The notes under the pieces: generated by a model | Database searches by the model: none | The model's input: the letters and a program-made list of their open reading frames with translations, nothing else | Told to the model about the DNA's origin: nothing | Position numbers and translations under genes: made by a program | From: Acidobacteriota bacterium | Lineage (GTDB): Bacteria > Bacteroidota > Ignavibacteria > UBA10030 > UBA8401 | Reading direction: 5' to 3' | Length of the DNA: 64,000 nt | Assembly: GCA_050258555.1 (NCBI GenBank) | Contig: JBLMZA010000043.1 | Coordinates: forward strand, 2,372 to 66,371 | In this document: positions 59,018-64,000 of the stretch, piece after piece | How positions within the stretch are numbered: position 1 is the first letter of the stretch | How the letters are laid out: each line of letters begins with the position of its first letter

Positions 59018-59688
59018 ACACGTTTCTGAAAAGCGCCTACGTGCTCGTGGAAAAAGAAATCCTGTCCGAATTCAGGACACGCTATGCGCTCAATGCGCTC
59101 ATGATGTTCGTCATCACGACGCTCTCGATCATCCTCTTCTCGCTCGGAGGCGAAACGGTGTCGAGCGACGTGCTCTGCGGACTGCTGTGGATCGTCATTT
59201 TCTTCAGCGCCATGTCGGGCCTGTCCCGTTCGTTCGTGGCCGAAGAGGAGCGCGGCACGGTCATGACGCTTCAGCTGCTGACGCACCCGTCGGCGGTCTT
59301 CGCCGGAAAGCTCGTGTATAATATCATACTGGCCCTGGCGCTCGATCTCTTCATCGGGCTGGCCTACCAGGCGGTCGTGCCCGATTTCATGATCAGAACA
59401 CAGTCCATCTTCTGGCTCGCGATCGTCATGGGAAGCATCGGACTGGCGAGCGCATCGACCATCCTTGCGGCCATTATCGCGAAAGCCAACACGAAGGGAA
59501 CTCTTTTCCCCGTCCTGGCATTTCCAATTTTGTTACCGCTGCTTCTGACCGCGATCAACGCAACAAAACTCTCCGCCGACGGCGCGTCGTTCATCGAGGC
59601 GCTGCAGGAATTCCAGATCCTGCTTTCGTTTTCCGTCGTCGTGATCACGGTCTCGCTTGTACTCTTTGAATACGTTTGGAAAGACTAA
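59014..59688 (+). CDS. ccmB: Heme exporter protein CcmB
   Basis: Six-transmembrane CcmB fold (FRTRYALNALMMFVITTLSIILFSL...). ATGA overlap with ccmA. Confidence 0.85.
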   Translation: MNTFLKSAYVLVEKEILSEFRTRYALNALMMFVITTLSIILFSLGGETVSSDVLCGLLWIVIFFSAMSGLSRSFVAEEERGTVMTLQLLTHPSAVFAGKLVYNIILALALDLFIGLAYQAVVPDFMIRTQSIFWLAIVMGSIGLASASTILAAIIAKANTKGTLFPVLAFPILLPLLLTAINATKLSADGASFIEALQEFQILLSFSVVVITVSLVLFEYVWKD

Positions 59689-59709
59689 CATCAGAAAGGA
59701 TCTCACGTC

Positions 59710-60420
59710 ATGTCAATGCGGCCGGGCAAAATATTCCTCTCGCTGTGGATTACAGCGGTGATCGTGTTCGGATTTGCCATGCCTATGGTTCCGGAGCCTC
59801 AGCACTGGTACGAACTTCCGCTGATTCCCGGGCTCGAGGAAAAATCGCGCAATATCATCTTCCATGTGCCGATGGCCTGGACGACCGTGGTGGCGTTCGT
59901 CGTCTCGGTCATTTTCAGCATCCGCTATCTGAAAACGAAGCATTACATGGAGGAAATCAGGGCCGTGGCGGCGGCGGGACTGGGAACGATGTTCTGCATC
60001 CTGGCGACGGCCACCGGCTCGCTGTGGGCGAAATTCAACTGGGGTTCGTTCTGGAACTGGGATCCCCGTGAAACTTCAATCTTCATTTTGCTGTTAATCT
60101 ATAGTGCATACTTCGCGTTGCGCTCGGCGATCGATAACGAGGAAAAACGCGCAACACTCTCGTCTGTTTATGCCATTATTGCAGGTGTCACAGTGCCGTT
60201 TTTCATCTTCGTCATGCCGCGCATCATGTCGGGACTCCATCCCGGGTCGAAAGGCGATGAAATGGGGTCCGCCCCCGTGGCGCAGCTCCACATGCCGCCC
60301 AATATGCTCGTGCTCTTTCTCGCATCAATCTTCGGCTTCACGATGTTCTTTTTCTGGATGTATGATCTGAAAGTGCGGTCTCTCGTGCTCGAACACAAAC
60401 AACACATGTCGGCTCAATAA
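59710..60420 (+). CDS. ccmC: Heme exporter protein CcmC
   Basis: WWD domain WAKFNWGSFWNWDPRE and conserved His residues in the flanking loops. Confidence 0.9.
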   Translation: MSMRPGKIFLSLWITAVIVFGFAMPMVPEPQHWYELPLIPGLEEKSRNIIFHVPMAWTTVVAFVVSVIFSIRYLKTKHYMEEIRAVAAAGLGTMFCILATATGSLWAKFNWGSFWNWDPRETSIFILLLIYSAYFALRSAIDNEEKRATLSSVYAIIAGVTVPFFIFVMPRIMSGLHPGSKGDEMGSAPVAQLHMPPNMLVLFLASIFGFTMFFFWMYDLKVRSLVLEHKQHMSAQ

Positions 60421-60446
60421 CGGAATACTAGACGAACGAGGATATT

Positions 60447-60581
60447 ATGCTGATGGATTTTCTGGAAAAGAACCAGCTCTACATCGCGATGCTGGTCGTG
60501 CTCATCAACTGGGTCGGAATTCTCTTTTATCTCTTCCGCCTCGACTCTAAAATCACAAAACTCGAAAAAACACAACGCTGA
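60447..60581 (+). CDS. ccmD: CcmD-like small membrane protein (44 aa)
   Basis: Not in the ORF track because it is too short. MLMDFLEKNQLYIAMLVVLINWVGILFYLFRLDSKITKLEKTQR has a single transmembrane helix and a basic C-terminus. GAGGA Shine-Dalgarno 5 nt upstream. It sits between ccmC and ccmE, as in System I operons. Confidence 0.5.
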   Translation: MLMDFLEKNQLYIAMLVVLINWVGILFYLFRLDSKITKLEKTQR

Positions 60582-60595
60582 ACAGGAACAAGGGA

Positions 60596-60985
60596 ATGAA
60601 TATCAAGATCATCATCGCTGCGGTCGTCATTGTCGGAGCCCTCATCTTCGGTGCGATGTCGTTCGTTGAAAGCAACGTCGAATACACCGATTTTGCGCGC
60701 GCCGAAGTCGTGAAGAAAAAGGTGCAGGTCAAGGGCACATGGGTGAAGGAAAAACCGGCGGCCTTCGATGCGGCGCAGGGGCAGTATACGTTTTTCATGA
60801 AGGATGACAACGACAAGGAAGTGAGGGTGGTGCTTGACGGCGCAAAGCCGAACAACTTCGACATCGCGACCAGCATCGTTGCGAAGGGACGCTTCCAGGG
60901 CGGGGAGTTCCACGCCTCCGAGATTCTGACGAAATGTCCTTCGAAGTATAACGGCGATTCGACCGCCGTCAAAAAATCATTGTAG
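60596..60985 (+). CDS. ccmE: Cytochrome c-type biogenesis heme chaperone CcmE
   Basis: N-terminal transmembrane anchor, OB-fold core (VKGTWVKEK...VRVVLDGAKPNNFDIATSIVAKGRFQ) and the C-terminal heme-binding His context EFHASEIL. Confidence 0.8.
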   Translation: MNIKIIIAAVVIVGALIFGAMSFVESNVEYTDFARAEVVKKKVQVKGTWVKEKPAAFDAAQGQYTFFMKDDNDKEVRVVLDGAKPNNFDIATSIVAKGRFQGGEFHASEILTKCPSKYNGDSTAVKKSL

Positions 60986-61045
60986 CGGGCGCGCGGCCGC
61001 CGAGCCGGCGTGCACATACGGCCACCATCCGAGTGAGGAATCTGT

Positions 61046-63364
61046 ATGGCGGGAGCGTTCATCATCAGGCTTGCGTTTGCATCATCCGTTTTCTCCGTTC
61101 TTTGTTACTTCTTCTCATTCCGGAACTCCGCCGCACGGCTTGCCTCGTACGGAAGAATGTTCTATGCGGCGGCGGCGGCGGGCATCATCGCCGCTGCGGG
61201 CGTGCATGTCTACAATATCGTCACGCATCAGTTCCAGTACTACTACGTGTGGAATCACAGCTCGACCGATCTGCCGCTTCCGCTCTTGGTGTCGACGTCG
61301 TATGCCGGGCAGGAGGGAAGCTTCCTGCTCTGGGCGTTCTACACGGGCATTCTCGGATTCTTCCTCTCGCGCTACGCGCTCCGCAAGCACTATGAAGCGG
61401 AACTCATGATCGTCTTCGGATCGATCTTCTCCTTTCTTCTGCTGATGCTCATCGTCAAGGATCCGTTCGCGATGATCTGGGACGTCTTTCCGAACGAACT
61501 GATACACACGGGCATCGTGCCTCCCAATCTGAATTTTCAGTGGCTTGACCGCGCCAAAGGCCTCTGGGCGCAGGTGCCGGTCGAAGGCAAGGGCCTGAAT
61601 CCGTTATTGCAGAACTACTGGATGGTCATCCATCCACAGGTGCTCTTCATCGGCTTCACCGCGATGTCGGTGCCGTATGCCTACGCCGTGGCCGGCATGC
61701 TCAAGCGCGATTACGTGAGCTGGGTGCGCGTTGCGGCGCCGTGGACGATCTTCGGCGCGATGGTGCTCGGCACGGGCATCATCATGGGCGGCTACTGGGC
61801 CTACGAGACATTGGGCTGGGGCGGTTTCTGGGGATGGGATCCGGTCGAAAATTCCTCTCTTGTTCCGTGGCTTGTATGCGTGGCATCGATCCACACGATG
61901 CTGTCGCAGCGCAGAAGCGGCGCATTCATCAAGACGAATTTCGTCCTGAGCATGCTCTGCTTCGTGATGGTGCTGTATTCGACGTTCCTCACCAGAAGCG
62001 GCGTTTTGGGCGACACCTCGGTGCACTCGTTTGTCGACGCCGGCATGTGGGTGTACTGGATGCTGCTGGCGGTCATCGTCGTTGCGGCTGCGGCCGGATT
62101 CGGTCTCTTTGCCGCGCGGTGGAAGGAAATGCCGGCGGTGCCGGTCGAGCATTCATTCTTCTCGCGGGAGTTCGCGCTCTTTCTCGGCGCATCGGCCCTG
62201 GTCTGCGCTTCGGCCTTCATCGCCGTCGGCACATCGGCGCCGCTCATTACGGGACTGCTCGAAGGCAAGCCCTCGGCTGTCGATCCCTCGTTTTATGTGA
62301 CCACCACGCTGCCGCTGGGCATCGCCGTGGCGCTTCTGGCCGGCATCGGTCAGATGCTGTGGTGGAAGCGGACCACGCCGAAAGACCTGCTCGACAATCT
62401 GCTGCTTCCGTTCGTGCTGGCCTCGCTTCTCACGGTCGCCGCCATCGCCATCGGCGCGCACCATGTTTCGATGATCGTGTTCATCCTCGTGTCCTCGTTC
62501 GCGCTCTTTGCCAATGCCGCGATCGGCTGGAAGATCATGAAGGGGAATCCGAAGCTTGCCGGCGGATCGCTCGCGCATATCGGCATCGCGCTCATGTTCC
62601 TCGGTTTTGTCTCCTCCGCGAAATACGACGAGAAGCAGACCGTCTCGCTCGAACAGGGCCGGACGGTCTCATCGATGGGATACACGATGAAATACGTGGG
62701 GTATCATCCGCTCGAGCGCGGACGCTACGCCTTCACCGTCGAAGTCGAGCGCAACGGAAGGAAGTTCACCGTCGAGCCGGTCATGTTCGAATCGCAGGAA
62801 ATGGGCGGGCTCATGCGCAATCCCGATATCATCAATCTGATCACGAAGGATTTTTATCTGGCGCCGCTTTCGTTCGAGACACCTCCCGAGGTGAACGAAC
62901 AGGAAGTGACGATGAAGACGAATGAACCGGCCGACGCGCACGGAATCCGCATCATCTACCGGGGATACGAATTCAGCCAGTCGGACCAGGGCAACCGCGT
63001 CGCCGCCAATATCGACGTGCTCAAGGACGGAAAGATCCTCCGCATCCGGCCCGTGATGCAAAACCGCCGCGGTGAAGTCGAATATGTGCCGGCTTCCATT
63101 CCCGGCACGAACATGTCGCTGGTGATCAAGAGCATGACGCCGAACCGGCAGGATGCCTCGCGCTCGACGATGACGCTCGGCGTGCAGACGCCGATTGACC
63201 CCTCGGCGCCGAAGAAGCCGGATACGTTCATCGTCGAAGCGACGGTGAAGCCCCTGATCAATCTCGTCTGGATCGGGACCTTTGCGCTCGTGGGAGGATT
63301 TCTGATAACAATCGTGCGCCGCGCGCTGGAGAATAAACAGGCATCGGTTTCCGTCCGGCACTGA
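61046..63364 (+). CDS. ccmF: Cytochrome c-type biogenesis protein CcmF (heme lyase subunit)
   Basis: WWD domain GWGGFWGWDPVENSSL, 13 or more transmembrane helices and a C-terminal periplasmic domain. Confidence 0.9.
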   Translation: MAGAFIIRLAFASSVFSVLCYFFSFRNSAARLASYGRMFYAAAAAGIIAAAGVHVYNIVTHQFQYYYVWNHSSTDLPLPLLVSTSYAGQEGSFLLWAFYTGILGFFLSRYALRKHYEAELMIVFGSIFSFLLLMLIVKDPFAMIWDVFPNELIHTGIVPPNLNFQWLDRAKGLWAQVPVEGKGLNPLLQNYWMVIHPQVLFIGFTAMSVPYAYAVAGMLKRDYVSWVRVAAPWTIFGAMVLGTGIIMGGYWAYETLGWGGFWGWDPVENSSLVPWLVCVASIHTMLSQRRSGAFIKTNFVLSMLCFVMVLYSTFLTRSGVLGDTSVHSFVDAGMWVYWMLLAVIVVAAAAGFGLFAARWKEMPAVPVEHSFFSREFALFLGASALVCASAFIAVGTSAPLITGLLEGKPSAVDPSFYVTTTLPLGIAVALLAGIGQMLWWKRTTPKDLLDNLLLPFVLASLLTVAAIAIGAHHVSMIVFILVSSFALFANAAIGWKIMKGNPKLAGGSLAHIGIALMFLGFVSSAKYDEKQTVSLEQGRTVSSMGYTMKYVGYHPLERGRYAFTVEVERNGRKFTVEPVMFESQEMGGLMRNPDIINLITKDFYLAPLSFETPPEVNEQEVTMKTNEPADAHGIRIIYRGYEFSQSDQGNRVAANIDVLKDGKILRIRPVMQNRRGEVEYVPASIPGTNMSLVIKSMTPNRQDASRSTMTLGVQTPIDPSAPKKPDTFIVEATVKPLINLVWIGTFALVGGFLITIVRRALENKQASVSVRH

Positions 63365-63436
63365 CGGGCTGCGTGCACTCTTCAGGAAATATTTTTATAT
63401 TGGTGCATGGCAAATCTGTGCGGACTGTATCATCGA

Positions 63437-63470
63437 GGCCGGACGCTGTCGTCCGGCCATTTTTTATTTC
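63437..63470 (+). terminator. Rho-independent terminator of the ccm operon
   Basis: Perfect 9-bp stem ggccggacg/cgtccggcc with loop ctgt, followed by ATTTTTTATTTC. Confidence 0.85.
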
Positions 63471-63481
63471 TTCGGAGCCCC

Positions 63482-64000
63482 ATGAAACGAATGCTCGCGT
63501 TCTTCCTCTGTATCCTCTCATTCACAGTGTTCGGTCAATCGAAACAGGTTGCGGTCACCATCGACGATCTTCCGGTAGCCGGCGGCGATCCGAACGATAT
63601 CGCGTTTCAGCGCTCCGTGACAGACGATCTGATGCGGGCGCTCGCCCGGCATCATGTGCCCGCCATCGGATTCGTGAATGAAAGCAAACTGCTCACGAGC
63701 GGCACCATCGACGCGCGCAAAGCGGATCTGCTTTCACGATGGCTCGCGCACGGTATGGAGCTCGGCAATCATACCTTTGCCCATAAGGATTACAACGCGG
63801 TCACGTTCACAGAAATGGCGGAAGATGTGCTCAAGGGCGAAAGGACGGTCTCACGGCTGCTGAAAGAGCGGGGAAAAGAATTGCGGTATTTCCGGCAGCC
63901 GTTCCTTCATCGCGGCAACTCGAAAGAGAAGGCCGATTCGCTTGCCGCATTTCTCAAGGAACGCGGATATGTTGAGGCGCCGGTGACGATCGATAACGGA
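63482..64000 (+). CDS. Polysaccharide deacetylase (NodB/CE4-like) family protein, 3' end off-window (partial)
   Basis: Open frame to the window end, not in the track because it lacks a stop. Signal peptide MKRMLAFFLCILSFTVFGQS. TIDDLP and HTFAH motifs typical of the NodB homology domain. Confidence 0.55.
   Translation, partial: MKRMLAFFLCILSFTVFGQSKQVAVTIDDLPVAGGDPNDIAFQRSVTDDLMRALARHHVPAIGFVNESKLLTSGTIDARKADLLSRWLAHGMELGNHTFAHKDYNAVTFTEMAEDVLKGERTVSRLLKERGKELRYFRQPFLHRGNSKEKADSLAAFLKERGYVEAPVTIDNG

Overview
This is a gene-dense, high-GC (about 65%) stretch of bacterial chromosome carrying roughly 60 protein-coding genes and one tRNA-Leu(CAG). I found no rRNA, no CRISPR array and no obvious mobile element. 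Several predicted secreted proteins end in the conserved T9SS/Por-type C-terminal sorting domain (...QNFPNPFNPST...GVY.....G.....KKL...K). That domain, together with frequent strong Shine-Dalgarno sites, suggests a high-GC member of the Fibrobacteres-Chlorobi-Bacteroidetes superphylum or a neighbouring lineage. I cannot say more about phylogeny without a database.

Housekeeping genes I recognise are ligA, aroE, dut, rsmI, a fabK-like gene, metH, gpmA, a ferredoxin-Rieske-queG-trxB redox block, ruvB, bamD and a System I cytochrome c maturation operon (ccmA-B-C-D-E-F).

Accessory content includes:
- a TetR-controlled TolC/HlyD/double ABC-2 permease efflux operon with no ATPase gene in the window
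- three tandem Hsp20 genes
- a T9SS cargo cluster (GHL10-like hydrolase, a small beta-rich protein, a phosphodiester glycosidase)
- the squalene trio hpnC-hpnD-hpnE
- several sensory kinases, one with a cNMP-binding N-terminus
- a LemA-TPM-REC-TPM cluster
- an FG-GAP propeller protein and a HExxH metalloprotease-like T9SS protein translationally coupled to the ccm operon

The many long R/A/G-rich ORFs antisense to real genes are high-GC artefacts and I rejected them. Start sites were re-picked inside the over-long ORFs of the supplied track using N-terminal homology, signal peptides and ribosome-binding sites. The track also calls GTG/TTG starts. Gene names follow widely known family signatures read directly from the translations; no database search was possible.
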